The notes under the pieces were generated by a model. The model ran no database searches. It saw nothing but the letters and a program-made list of their open reading frames with translations, and had not been told where the DNA came from. Below are positions 1-26,075 of a stretch of DNA of 64,000 nucleotides, in pieces; position 1 is the first letter of the stretch, and every line of letters begins with the position of its first letter. The stretch comes from Lingula anatina (taxonomy: Eukaryota; Animalia; Brachiopoda). A program made the translations under genes and the position numbers. Where the stretch lies: positions 54,290,788 through 54,354,787 of the forward strand of contig CM120640.1 of assembly GCA_051362555.1 (NCBI GenBank), read 5' to 3'.

Positions 1-84
1 ACAGATTGGTCAGTTATTTCAAACAAACTATCCAACTTGTGTCTTTTTGTCTAATATAATATGACTTTATGTTCATATCTGAAG

Positions 85-11634
<11,550 letters not shown>

Positions 11635-12613
11635 TGAAAGTTTATCTTTGTTGAATAATTTTGTATTAGAAACTAGGAAACATGTCTTCATTTAACCTAG
11701 ACATGAAAAGACATATAGTTTGGTATTTAAATCACATTATGATAACAGTATTATTTGTATAACTTTAAAAACATGTAACCATTGATAATTTTGTTTTTAT
11801 ATTCCTGAAATCAACATTTTTGATATCTGCTGCACTGATATATTCCTCACAGCAGATTTCTTTGTTTACTTCTTTTATATCACTGTAATGTCAGTATTAA
11901 CTGAAGTTAATTGAAACTAATCACTTAAATCTTATATTTCATATAAGCTCTTCGGTTCCCATTGTTCTTGGCTTAGACATTTAGTCAATCTCATTTTTTT
12001 GTGTTGCATGGCATGCTACGAGCTCTTTTTTTGTCATTAATCTAAAGGAGCATTCAATATGCCACAGCTTAGCATTGGTTTCTGTTGTGACATTTCTGAT
12101 GAAGTTTCTAGTCTTCCAAGAAAGGATATTAATCTGTGACAGGGTGTGCCACAACAGATGTTTATGTTTACTTACATTTATGCACAAGGTTGCTACATTA
12201 TAGTTCTCTTAATGTGTAGATCTATTGTTCCTCATATTACTCTTTAAAAAGACACATACAGCAATTGGACAGTCATAAATGTGTGGAGTTTGGAACCTTG
12301 CCTGCACCAGGGTGAAGAGAATGACAGGGTGTGAAAATTATGATTAGTAAAGCTATTTTTAGCTGCACTTTTTATAATGAAGCATATTTCATGTACATCT
12401 AGTGCAGGATGTAAACATAATGGTTAAAACTCTATATACTGGGCAGTTAGTTGATGTTCAAAATTTAGAACCACTTGTCAGCAAGAACAGTGTCAACATG
12501 ATATGATGGTAATTCATCAGTAACTGTGATTGCATCAAATATTTAATTATTTTCATGAATTCTATATGGCTGGTCCTTTCAATAAAATGACCATACAAGC
12601 CAAACCAGATTTC

Positions 12614-12762
12614 TTAAAGGGATAATAACTCTTCATTTTGGCCAAAAAATGAATTTTCCTGGAGTAAACAACAATTTTCCCATACTAACCAATGGTTAAT
12701 GAATTCATTTTTACATTCAAAGTTAGTCCCTTGTTTTTTCTAAAAAGTTATTATCCCTTTAA
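12614..12762. mobile_element. TTAA-flanked MITE (Kolobok-like ends)
   Basis: TTAA|AGGGATAATAACT ... AGTTATTATCCCT|TTAA: perfect 13-bp TIR, TTAA TSD, 141-bp body. AGG..CCT termini are typical of Kolobok rather than piggyBac. Confidence 0.75.
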
Positions 12763-13159
12763 AGTAACAAACACTTTAATTGGTATAGTGATGTGTCAAA
12801 CCAAAGGAGGCTTGTCAAAAATCCTGACTTGAGTCCACTTTAAATAATTGGTCCTCCATTCCCACATTTAGTTTTTTTGCACAGACAGCTGATAGTTTTT
12901 TAACAAGTCCCAGGCCAAATTTGAAGAAGGAAAATGATTTTTTTTCTTTTTCAGTTTAAAAGGCTAGATATCCCAATTATGTGAATGGATCAACCTTACT
13001 CTTTGATGATACTTGAATGCATAAATAACATCAGTATGATTGTTAAAATAATTTTCCTGTATAGATCTAGGGATATTTTATTTAATCATTTAAGATAGCC
13101 CACTGTCTCGTGACTTACTGGCCAAGTGCAGCAACATATGTAAGTTGAAAGAATGTTTT

Positions 13160-13381
13160 TTTCCTTCTCCAAGAAGTTGTTTTCAGCTCCAATTCTTTGT
13201 TTGTTCATCACTAGCTCACACAACTCAAAAAGAATTATGGATGGATTTTGATGAAATTTTCAGGATAGGTCACAAATGGGTTAACTTAAAAGTGATAAGA
13301 TTTTGGTGGTTATCCATTAATTATTTTTATTAATGATTAATTAATGGTTAATTATGTCTTGGCAAATGTCTGTGCTCCCGG
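13160..13381 (+). mobile_element. Degraded short HINE/Helitron-N-like element
   Basis: Contains CTCAAAAAGAATTATGGATGGATTTTGATGAAATTTTCAGGA...GATTTTGGTGGTTATCC...CTTGGCAAATGTCTGTGCTC, with decayed subterminal IR (CCTTCTCCAAG / CTTGGCAAATG). Resembles, from recall, a widespread aquatic-animal non-autonomous family. Confidence 0.5.
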
Positions 13382-13598
13382 AGACTGTATTCCCATAGAT
13401 TTAGGTTGATCCATCTAGATTGAACTAACTCCCTGGGGGTTCAGGCTAAATTGATGTCAGCCGAGCGGGCACAGTAGTTAATTACCCCCTTACAGCTTTT
13501 AGTAGGTGGGACAGAGGCTTATGCCAGCTAAGCTGACAGTAATCTAGTAAGACTCCCCACAGGGATAGATTGATCTAAAATCTGTGGGAATGGGGTCT
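13382..13598. mobile_element. Foldback MITE, family A copy 1
   Basis: Imperfect TIRs AGACTGTATTCCCATAGATTTAGG / CTAAAATCTGTGGGAATGGGGTCT. Shares CTAACTCC..GGG.TTC..GCTAAATTG with the copies at 28.9 kb and 49.8 kb. Confidence 0.65.
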
Positions 13599-13605
13599 TA
13601 GTTTA

Positions 13606-13862
13606 GGACCCATTTTCATCAACACTGGATAGTGCTATCCTATGCATAACACTATCCTTTGGATAAAATTGTCATCCTTTGGACAGTTATCCTAAGGATA
13701 GCAGGCTTTTTAACCACTGGAAAGCAATATCTGAGACAAAAATAAGCATCTAGTTTTTAATAAACATTACTTTACCCACTGGATAATTGCCCAGAGGATA
13801 ACAATTTGATCTAATGGATAGTGTTATCCAGAGAATAGTGCTATCCAGTGTTGATGAAACCA
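13606..13862. mobile_element. MITE with ~25-bp TIRs and internal TATCC-nn-TGGATA sub-repeats (PIF/Harbinger-like by recall)
   Basis: TTTCATCAACACTGGATAGTGCTAT (13614-13638) versus ATAGTGCTATCCAGTGTTGATGAAA (13835-13859). Repeated ~16-18-bp GGATA/TATCC palindromic units lie inside. Confidence 0.7.
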
Positions 13863-16037
13863 AGTTGTTTTCTCTTCAGTTCTATCAAATTAGTGTCTGC
13901 ATTTATTACACAGTTGTACAAATTTACCAAATTTTGTGTGCCATTTTTGTATTCTTTTGAAAGATGACATCCCTGAAGCATAAGAATTTTGCATTTATCA
14001 CTGCAAAGTTAACATCACCCCACAAATCCTCCATTTTCAATGTTGTCATACAGCGCTGACTGCCTCAAATGATTTCCATATTTTTAGGTTCTTATTTTGG
14101 CACTTGTTCGAAGTTCTCTTAAAAATGCAGACCCATAGATCGCACGAGAAAAAAGTCTGCACTGGGTAAAAATTGATCTAGGTACATGAAGGGTCATGGT
14201 AAAAAGTCCACTTTTTCAGAAAAGAATTTCCCCTGTGAAATTGCTGGCTACAGGTCAAAATGTATTATAAATATACTTTTCTATGCAAAGATTTCCTCCA
14301 AATAACTTTGATTTGCACATTATACATATTGTAATGTTTGATTTATTGTTCTCAATAAATTTTTTTGTAAAACATGTAGGGTCCTTTAGAATTTTACCAT
14401 AACATTGAAGAATAGATAACCACAGATCCAGCATTAGTGTTGTTGAGAATTTTCTTTCCAAGTTTTTATATATCAAATGATTCAGTTTAAAAGAAATTAC
14501 CTAACACGAAACAAAAAATACCATATGAAAAGGATTTTTTTTAGAGATATAATAATTTTGTGCAATCAATTGTCATCTTTTCAAAAATAAGGTGATGATA
14601 TTAAACAAAAAAGCTTTTTTATCACAATGAAACTTCGTTAGAAACTTATTCACAACTTTTTATTTTCCAATTTCTGGTTAAATGCTGATGAATTAACATT
14701 ACAATGTGTATTCCGCAACAAATTGTATTGTTCAATAAGCATACACTACATCTAAAATTCCTTTTTTTTTTCAAATTGATTACTGGTTTCCTTTTAAGGT
14801 TTATATTGCATTTCCCATAAGTACTTAAACACTTACTGAAAAGTTAAACAAATGGGCACTTGAACATATAAATATTTAAAAGAATGAACAAGTCACTTAC
14901 AAGCTGTAACCAAACTAATGAAACAATTAGAAACTACATTTCTTACAAAAGTTTACATTACTTGTTCACGTAATATAACATTTTTCCCTTTAACAACTAG
15001 GCTATTAATGTCAAGAGAACAATTTCTCTGGGTAATGTTACCACAATATACTATAAATTCATAATTTATATCCTATTAATAAATACGTCTTGTTTATCTT
15101 TGTTGCTCTATAGACAAGAGGAGACAAAAATGGCTATCACACTTCCTAAAGTACCTGCTTAAGGAAATCGGTCTTTATCCCACCTACATCACCAAGTCAA
15201 AGTCCAGCTGTATCACAGCCCTGTTACAGCCATAAAGAGACTGAGAACATGACAATAACTAAAACTAAGAAGTATGCACCGCAATTCAGTATTTAAACAC
15301 GTAAATTTTGTGATTAAAATTGTACTTCCTATTCCAACAAGATTTTGAGGCATGCTCAGCACGCTAATCAAGTTTGCAGTTAGAAAAAAGTTGGTGTAAA
15401 CTTTCTTAGCAATAACACTAGAAACTCTGGTTCAAATTAACTTCCACCAGCTTTTTATAACATTAGCACCCAGGTGTAAGTGTCACAATGTCAAAAAATT
15501 TAAATGACTGTGCACTAAGTATTCTGTTAAGACTGGTTCTTTTCTGCTCTGCTTGGCTGGTGCATGATTTTAGGATGCTAAGTATGTCAACTACATATTA
15601 ACTTTACATCCCATCAAACAAGAGACATATATGAAATGGCTTCAAGGACGTATGAGTAAGTTTGTTTCTTACTGTAAAACAGGGCAAAGTAAAAGAATGC
15701 TTACAAGTATATATAGACCTGAACAAGTAATCTTGAATGGCCACTGGAAATATGTAACACAACACTAATGAAGTAATTAACTGTTGTAACTGATATAAAG
15801 AAAAGTGCCGCTAATTTGAAAGAAAAAGTATTAGGTGACACTTTGATGAATACAAATAGAAGCACCAAGTTCATCATAATATCACCACCAAAACATTCTG
15901 CAATTGAACTAAAATGTAATCATTAAAAGGTAATCATTATAAGATTGTGAAGCAATTAATCATCACATTGTTTTCCACTTCCAAATAAACATGCATGATG
16001 TATACTTCTGTAATAAAATATCCATACAGACTACACT

Positions 16038-16159
16038 TTCAAATTATTGTTTTTCTTTTTATCAAGAGCTTGTAAAATATGTGGGTATTATCTCCAATAT
16101 TTGAGGTAATACCCACATATTTTACAAGCTCTTGATAGAAAGAAAAACAATAATTTGAA
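16038..16159. repeat. 122-bp near-perfect palindrome
   Basis: Arms pair around a centre at 16098/16099 with only 3 mismatches. Flanked by the direct repeat CAGACTACACTTT at 16027-16039 and 16193-16205. Confidence 0.95.
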
Positions 16160-16889
16160 TTGATACATACAGAGCTAATGAAACTGTTCTCTCAGACTAC
16201 ACTTTGTTTTTAAACACATTTTACCAATACCAGTCTGATAATTTACGTTGAAAACTTAGAACTGCAATGCTAGATAAAGGTATTTCGAAAATATGAAGTT
16301 CACTACTGCCTTCTGTGGAAAAAAATTCAAAATAAAATAAACTTTTTCAGCTGTAAGTTACGCAAATTAACTAAAAATGGATTCACAACCAAGATGATGT
16401 TGATAGATGAACTATACATCAATAGATATAATGGTATACACTAAACTGAGAGCAAATAAAAACAAAACATATATGCATTAATATATGTAATACTCTTTAC
16501 ATAAATTACATAATTCTTATAATAATTTATACTGTTAACCCTGACATATCAAAACAGACAGCTGTATCCACGTCTTCCTGGGATTTCTTCATGGTCTACA
16601 CTGTAAGTACCAATACTTGAAGTTCCACAAAATACTTAACCCCACCATTATTGTTCTGCAATGGCTTCATATATGGATGCAAATAACATATATATTAAAA
16701 AATGTAATGGATTTTTGTTCCTTGTAACTGTCTGTATGTCTATCTTTTTTATCACAGTCTTTATCTATGCAAAATCTTGCAACTTGTACTGTTTAGTAAC
16801 TGATTGTTAACTTTTCATTGCACCAAAAGTCAAAACAACAATGTATTTATATATTTCACATTTTCTTGCTTCTGTCTTTAAAGTTATGG

Positions 16890-19800
16890 TCACGTTGTGC
16901 CATGCTGGTTGTCTGCTTTCACTCTCTCTCTACAAGTTTGACCACTGCTGTCTTGCAAACTTTTTAATGATAAATGCATCTGAGGACAAAAGAAAAAAAG
17001 AAAGATGTAAAATTCCATCTTAGTAGTATTAGGTATTTGAGGATTAGTACAGTTAAAATTGAACCTCCTACATTTTTATTCAAATATTTACAATAAATTT
17101 AGTATACATTCACTGAGATTTTTTTATTTTTTATTTCAAAACAATGCTAGTAAGGTAATTTTTATTCAAATATTTACAATAAATTTAGTATACATTCACT
17201 GAGATTTTTTTATTTTTTATTTCAAAACAATGCTAGTAAGGTATACTTACTTCATCTAAAAGTTTAACATTGGCACGCAAAACAGAATGGAGTTTGTCTA
17301 CAGTGGCAGCATGATACTCTGTCTGGAGGTAGTAGGCATCTTGAAAGTATTTTGAGCTGGAGTAAAAGAAAGCAAAATAGTATTACTGGTAAATGCAGCT
17401 TTAAACATAACTGGAAATTACTTCACTGAAATGTAAATGACAGCTGCTATAATAAATCTTTGTTTAACAAATAAGACGACTGAAAAAGGTTTCAAACACA
17501 AAATAAGCTAGCTTGTTCAATTCAATCATACATCATTATGTGTTCAACTTCTTGTAATTGAATATGAATAATCAAGTTTTTGTCATCTAAAACTTACCCC
17601 CGGTCACTGTGTTGATGGTGCCACAAGTACCTGCTGCCCTCTATCTTTGCTTGTAAACGGAATATTTTATAAGTAAGAACTGCACCTGATACAAGTAAGA
17701 AAAGCGCCCTGAAAAATTACAACAATTTTATATAAATTTATTATAAAAACCATTAAATGAAAAAAGTATTAAAACTTGCTTTTGTGTTTATCTCAGATTA
17801 CCAAAAATCATCAGTTTCACTTATGGAACACCATTCTCACAAAAGATTAGTTAACATACTGTAATTACATAAACTAACTCTCGCATTCTACTGTAGCTCT
17901 TGCAATCTATATTTCAACCCACACATTTAGCAGGTCAAAATTGTTTTGTACTGTCATATAGCAATCTGAGAAATTATGCCACTGACCAGCCGCATTCAAC
18001 TTGGTGTAAGATGGTGGCATAACTGTTTAACTGAGTTGAAAGTATAATCCACACGTTGAAGTATGAATGCATGAGTTGAAATAGAATGCATGAGTTGGTT
18101 TAAATTTATACAGTATGCCAACTGATTTTTTGAGAGAATGGTGCTCCATACTCAATTTTAACAATCAATTTTCAAAAGAAATGATGTTATGCATTTTGTA
18201 CACAAATTCATAACTATGTACATGTTAATTTCATATTAGCAATACAAATATCAATGAAAGCAAACTAACACTTACATTAATGAACACACAACAAGAACAA
18301 AATGAAGTCTTGGCAGTGCCCATATGCTTTGGAACAGACTATATAATGCTTTGTAAGGACTTCGTAAGTCTGAAAAGGAACAAATAAAATGCATGATAAT
18401 TCATCATATTTATTTCTGCCATCCACACAAAGAAAACTTTACACTGGGATCTGACAGGGCTGAGAAAGAAGGGAGGGCAAAATATCAGAAATAGTGGGAT
18501 ATATGAAACTTGTGTTAAAAAAAACATGAACTATATCATATATATATATATAATTATCATAATCATTCAATAATATACACTCACATGTACACGATTTGGC
18601 TTCCATCACAGTTTCTGCTTTGACTGGTTGAATTGTTTTGGACTGATTTGTTTCTGTAAGTTTAACATGCCCACAATCTGACACACCACATTGCTCACAT
18701 GTCTTGAGATCAAAATCTGATTCCTCTGTTATGTCAAGACTACTTTCTTCTTCTTCTGGATTTTCAAAACTCTCATCTGCAAACACCTGAAGAATAAAAC
18801 AACATTTGTTATTCAATTTTTCCAAAAATATCAAGTCCATGGGTTTGAATAACAAAAATGTGTACAACTAATTATAAGTTAATTACACAAAAAAGCTTAA
18901 TCAACTTATAATACAAGATTTCTTCAAGTTATATGTATATCTCTACATAAAAAGAAAGGGACATTTCCTATTCACTTAATCGTCATATCTTGTGACAGAC
19001 AAACTGTATACATTCCATTATGTATGTATATAGTCACTTTGCCAGTCCAGTAGATCTATCAAATCTAATTGAAAGTTACAAGCATCTAAATATGGGAACG
19101 AAAAATTTGACAGCACATACTCTATGAAATCAAACATCATTAGTGACAATATAAGCCTTCACAAATAAGGGTTTTACAGGCCAGCCATGGAGGAGTGTGA
19201 CAAAACAAGAATTACAGTTGGAATTGGTTCTTAATATATATTTTACGATACTTAAAACACCAAACTGAAACTCTATACAAACTTTCACAAATAGCTACTA
19301 AGTGATATGCTCGTAAGGTTCCATTGGGCAGTATTTACTTGTGTTTTACAAAAAAAAAAAAAAATGATGCAAATGGATGCTTATTACTTACAGTTTCATT
19401 GATTTCTGCTGGATCTTGCTGGTTCTTACAGTTTTTCCACAGATAAGTCAGGAACTTGTAAGTAGAATCTCTTGACATCAGTGAACCGAACACATGCTAA
19501 AAATAGAAGAATGACTCTGCTTACATATATGTAAATAAACAAAACAAATGTACAATAAAAGCTAATAAATCAAATGGATTGTTGCATATTTAAACTATTT
19601 ACTACATATTTACACCCAAGTAAGAAGCAGATGAACTAGCTATTATCTTTTATAATAATAATGAAGGTAAATACACTAATTTACCTTTTCTTTGACAGTT
19701 GAGATACCTATAGCATTTGGAATGATAAAAGCTGTTCTCTCTCTTGTCACCTGGCTGACATTGGAAAATGACACAATAATCTGAAATAATACATTTCAAA

Positions 19801-22800
19801 TGGGTTTCTCCATTAATTTTGACACTTGTAAAACCAGTTTTCATGCAGATTTAATCATCAAATTTGCAAAGTCATTATCTTCAACTTGATAATTCTTTGT
19901 CATTTCTTTTTGTTCTTATGTCAACCATACCTACATGTACACTACTGCTACACTATTGACCTGTCTGTCACTTAAAATCTAAAGTGACAATGTCAAATCT
20001 AATAAATGATAATTGGCATTTGTGATCTCAAGCCATAGATTTGTGATTACAAATGCCAAATTAACAACTCGAACCTATTTCATTTATAAGGCCCAAAGAC
20101 AAGTCTGTCCAAAATAGATGCATGGAAATTGTAAACCTATACCATTGAGATGTCAAATATTAAGATATTCATCACCAAATTAAGGAAAAATGAAACTCTT
20201 TGATAATGCCAATTTTGATTAGATGTATTTCAGAAACAAATTTAGTTGGCCTCTTTTTTATCAGAATGCAATGGGTTTAAAATTAAGCATCAGATGACTA
20301 AAACATGTTATATCAATAAAAAGAATTTCTAGAAGAAAAATGTGAGACCAAGCATAGAGGTCCTTCATGACAGGGGACTTGGGACAGGGACAAATAATTT
20401 CCGTCCAAAATTTAACTTCAGCTATCCCCTTGGACATTGATGTACCAGAAAACAGTGTTGTGCTAGAGTTTCCATGGCAACACTTTGATCAACATACCAA
20501 TATGCTGCAAACACCTGTTATTTAAACTTCAAGGGGATAAAATTATAAAGTTTCCAGCTCAAGTTCCTTTTGAAGCTACAGAATACAGGGTATTTTCTTT
20601 AGCAACTTTGTTCAGGTAACCAATTCACTAACTCCTCCAAAAGGCACATGAGAGGGTTATTTTTCTTATAAGCTGACCCAGCTCAACTCTTTCTCAAGTA
20701 TTCCCAGGTTTTAAAATGCCTCACAAGTAGAGTTTTTCTGCTTACCATATTGCCTACTTTACCTTTAATGACACTCATGTACTGATATAATGATCACTAT
20801 TTATGAATGCATAATACTCATGTCACTATGTAACACAAAATTGTAGAGCTAAGTGTCTATTAAGAGTGAATTAATCTATTTATGAGAATGTTACATAGGA
20901 ACTCTTCTCTACTATAAATGATGTCATACATAAAAACCATTAAGATTTAAATCAGGTTCACAATATAAAAGTGTTCAGCTAATCTTGGATAAGCTGCTTT
21001 GTACAAGACAAAACTGCTAAAACTTTTTAACTGCTCATTCTTATTTCTGCTGCTACTGCATGGTTTAAGGAAAGAAACTCCCACCAAAAGGTCTATCAAG
21101 TAGTGTAAAGCTGACCCTTTAGATAGTAGTGTACATTCAGAATTCCTAAGCTAATCAATACATAATCAATAAGTTCATATACATAGCAGCATGATATCAT
21201 AATAAGAAAGACTAGGAGAACCTAAAAAGGAATGATAAATAAAACAGCATGGAATGGGTGGAGGGGCAAGAAAAATACTTCTGTGTCACTTTCGGAAGGG
21301 GTTGGGACTGCTTTGAAACACATGGATCGGTATATGTACTAGGGAAAAAAACAAGGAAACATTATTTTCAAATGACGTACCTGTTTTTCCTGTCCAAAGA
21401 GTTTAGAATGAAAGCACACCCAATTTTCAGACACATAAAGACTCCCTGGTATAAGAATGTCTGATACAAGGGCACAGGAATAATCTGAAGAAAAAAATAA
21501 TGTGCAACAAGACGATGACACATCCCTTTACGACCGTATTTAACATTGATTTTTACTGAATTCTCTGATTTTTTACTGTGCTATTTTAAAACATCTTTTC
21601 ATGTGTAGATTCATTTTCAATGGTACTAAATCTGACACTTACAATTGAGAGCATGTTCATTGTGTGGAATGTCTGGAAATAGCCTGTGGAATTTTTGGTT
21701 TCTTCTGCGACTCATTCGAGGAACAGCCATATATGTCTGAAAAAATGTTTTAAAACAATGACTAGTCTAGCAATAAAAAATGAATAAACATCTATACAGA
21801 CTTAAAATTAGGTAACTTCCAAGAATATTTTTGCTAAACATGTGGCTTAAGAAGAATTATCCATGGCAACTGATCAAATGGTCATGTATTGGACCAATTA
21901 TCACAGTCATACATGAATGTTTTCAGTAGTGTAAAAAATAACTCACTTTATTAAGAATTTCATAAAATTGACTCACTAAACTTCCAGTGGATTCTGTAAC
22001 AGATCCTTCCCCATTTTCTAAAGACCTAAAAATATACAAACAGTGGTTTTCTACACCTTATTGTTTCATATTCCATTCCAATATACTTGAGGTTTTATAC
22101 AAAACTGTACTCATAGTTATATTACTTATTGAAACAGACACAGATTGAAGTAGGGATGCAGCAGATGCCCTCTACAGTTTATTTTTACCTACCTAGTTGC
22201 ACTTTAAAGTTTGTTCAACCTATCCATATAAAAGTTGTTAACCTTCCATCCTGCATCTCTATTCCACAACAAAGTTTTAGTTTTTCTTTCAGCTTCAGGT
22301 AAGATACAAAATTTAAAGAAAGCTAGTTTTTTTTATTAACATTACATTTTAAATGTAATCCATTTAGAGCTGCATTAATTGTAACAAAAAATTAAAATAC
22401 AAAATTATTCATAGAGGGTATAAAGATGACACAGCATTTCAGTGAAAAGCAAGTCAATATTAATCCTGCATAAAAATAGTATTCTGCAGGAAGGATTGTA
22501 TTTGTGGGGTTTGTATTTTGCTTTACAGAATTGAAGTAAATACAAAGACAATGGATCTTAATTTGATGAAATGTTCCAACAATATTTTGATTCCCTTTTC
22601 TTTAAAATCTATGGAAGGATAAATTGAATTCAAACTTTAGGAGAAAATAATTGATGAGGACAAGAAAGATCAATATAGTGTTCATTTTAATAATCCAACC
22701 AGTCAGGGAGAAAAGGAGATAAAATCCCCAGGATAACCATGTTTATAATGATGGTGGTAGTCATGGCTTAGGTATTTATCTTTTTTCATTGAGAAGATTA

Positions 22801-25800
22801 GACAAGGTGGTGTTAATGGAATACTAATTATCTCATTAAATTTGCATGAATCTGCTTATGGCAGAATCATTCATACCAAAGCAAAATTCTTCCATATCCT
22901 CTTCTGGTCAGTGGGATGCAAACATTTTGCATTAAAAAATTCCACAATAAGTAATAACAACACAATTTTTGGCAAATTTCTCCAGCTGCAAAACCCAATG
23001 TTTTTATCTACAACTGGACCTTACCAAAGTATCAAAATCTAAATCAGCTACCACTCCTTCCCCAAAATAATAAAAGCACATCCCGAAAACAAAATTACCA
23101 ACCTACTAGATCCATCTGCCTTTTTCTTTTTCATAGCCATTAGATCTGGGGCACTGGCTCTACCTGAGATCTTGACTGTCTCCAAGTCTGGAGTTGCAGG
23201 AGCACTACATGACACTCCTCGATTGCTGAAATAAAGATTTAGAGCCACAGTGAGTATAAGCTAGATTATATTACTTTGTGAATGAATACAGTATTAGTAT
23301 TTATGGTTGTGTTAAAAATGTGTTTCATGTCACAACATGTAAACAAATTTGCTATATTACAAAGAAACTGAATTAAGCTTCACATATCTGTCTAGACTTT
23401 TAACTAATTCTATGACACTGATTAATATTAGAAAACTTAATCCATATAAAATTTTGTATCATGAATGTGACCTCAAAACAGACTTTTTAATTCCCCTTAA
23501 TAAACATCACTGTCCGTAAAATGTCTATTTGCAACAAGACTTAAGTACTTGAGAGAGTTTCAACATGGCTTTCCATTGCAAGCTAAATGTCTGCCTTAAC
23601 AGCTTGCAGTTGCATGAAAACTATACATACTTACAATGACCTTTTCAATATACATGTATCTACAACAAAACATTTGCTCTGTATAATGAAAGAAATAAAA
23701 AAATCAAAGTTGCCCTTAAAAAGATGGCAGCCACATCATAGAAGTGGAGACTTTTACTTTTGTAAAAGATGCGTGCTGTGCAGTAATGGTGAGAGAAGAT
23801 GGCTGTTAATCTATATTGGGCTCTGTCACTGAGCCATCAGATCGATTTTCCATGGTATGAAATTGAGGCAACCTTTTGAGTTTATTTATTATTGATTATT
23901 TCCTACTAGGCTTAAAAGGCTGGACAAGAGATGAGATTGTGTCTGTGGAGGGATTGTGTACAGCTCAAAAAATATAACCTTGGGCATCATTTACTAGATA
24001 AATATCTAATTATCTCTGAACACAAAGAAATTAAAGGTAATGCAATATGAAAGAATGAAAGAAATGGAAGATTACATGGTAAGAAGAATATAGGATCACC
24101 AGTGTTGTCAAAAATTTGTTTACAGGTATTTGACAATAAAAAAATTGCTCAATATGCAACACGATTGGATGACTAAAATACATATAGTTCTCTTCATTCA
24201 TTCTATGGAATTCTTTACAAAGAAAAAAAGGGCAATTAATTTGTAAAAAACATGCTACATTTGCACTTCACTTAAAAATATATTTCAACTAAAGGTATTC
24301 ATGTTGTCCTTCCTTCCTTCATTCATTATCTTAAAGTATATAACATGTGCCTTTGACTTGAAGCATGTGCTATATTATAAGAATAAGGGAAATAACAAAA
24401 ACCTCATGTAATATACCACTTTCTTTAACTGACAGGTTACTTAATGTAACTCAGACTGAAATCAATATCCAAGTGAACTAGAACAGATGGTGTAGGTGGC
24501 AGACATTCTTATATTAAATTCATAATATTGGATTTTATGGATATCAATGTTTATAGTTCATCTTGTAGCATGCTGCTGGTTTCTTACCAACATAAAAATA
24601 CTACATGATTTAAACACTCAGTTTAGTACTTCTCTTCAGTGACATCTTAATTTTATACATTAATTTATCTATCTAAAGGAATAGGAGCCCATTTTTATTA
24701 CCATCAAAATTTAAGATCAAACATAGATGTATCATAATTGCAATATATGGCAATAAATAACTGTCCAGACAGCAATTTTTCCTAAATTTATTTGTAAAAG
24801 TATCCATTCCAATAATTCACTCCACTGGTTTTAACCGTCTGCATAATTGCTTCATATTTTTTCAAATGCAGTTGTAACCTGATGGCTGGATTCAAATTCA
24901 ACAATAATACCTACCCACTTTGTGTAAGTGTTGGGACCTCTAGCAGGTCCTTGTCCAGTGTAAGTTTACTTCGATCCAGTGATTGTCTGGCTCCACTTTG
25001 ATCTCCATCTTTGTTCAATATAACTACTGGTTCTCTTCCATTGCACCCATCTTTATCCTCCAGATAAGCATCACTGGCTGATCTCTCAAAAGTACCAGTT
25101 GCTCTACAGGGAGAAAAAAAAGGAGAACAGTGTAACATAACAACTGTGGAATATGTGAAAGTGATGATGCATTGTTAGTGTTTTAGTAGATCATTTTGTC
25201 TATCATCAGGGACATTCATGCAGCTGTGCTTTTCCATTAATACACCCCAATCATCTCTGACATATCATGCTGGTAAATTTGGAGCTCTAATCTGAGTAGT
25301 AATGCAAATTTTACTTCACAAACAGCATATAAAACCTAAGCATTGCATATCTATAAAACTTCTGATTCAACCTGTTATACATTGTCTTACAGAAATTACA
25401 TGACATCAATTTCAGTTTTTATTCCAATTATCAATATCCATTTAAACCACTGCAGATCTATTTTGTTGCTGGCATAAAGAGTTTTTGCCCTATGCATTTT
25501 CTCTTTTGACTTCGAAAAATATAGTTCTTTATTCATTGCCAAATTTTATAGATCGTGTAAATCAATATTTAACGAGAACAAATACTCTGCTAGCGTGCCT
25601 TAATTCAGCAAATAGAACTTCTCTGGTATATTCGGGCAGCAAGTGGTTAGCCATGTGTTGCTCACTCTTTAAGTTCATAATCACCTGCATATGATCTATA
25701 TACTAGCTGTGTCTGTAAGTTACACATTTTAAACCTTTTTTAAAGTAGCCTTTTGTGTTCAACCATTACACAATCGATATATCTTGCCAGGTAAATGTTT

Positions 25801-26038
25801 CCCAATGTGCCATTTAAACGAACTCCATCAAGCCCCATAGAAGGCAAATATTGACCACAATGCTATCGGTACACAGCAACCAGATAATCCACTGTGTACA
25901 TATCATATTTGCAGGATCAGCAGGATATACATGTTCCACTGAAGAGCCCTGCTGAAATACATATATGTTAAAACATTCAAATCTTATCTTCTCTGCAATG
26001 AAACCCTTGTTAAAAAGCCATCCTGACACCTAGCAGGC

Positions 26039-26075
<37 letters not shown>

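Noticed and set aside
20468-20481. Perfect RFX X-box GTTTCCATGGCAAC in a GRAM intron
   Set aside because: Isolated motif far from a promoter. Such words are common within invertebrate repeats, and there is no evidence of function.
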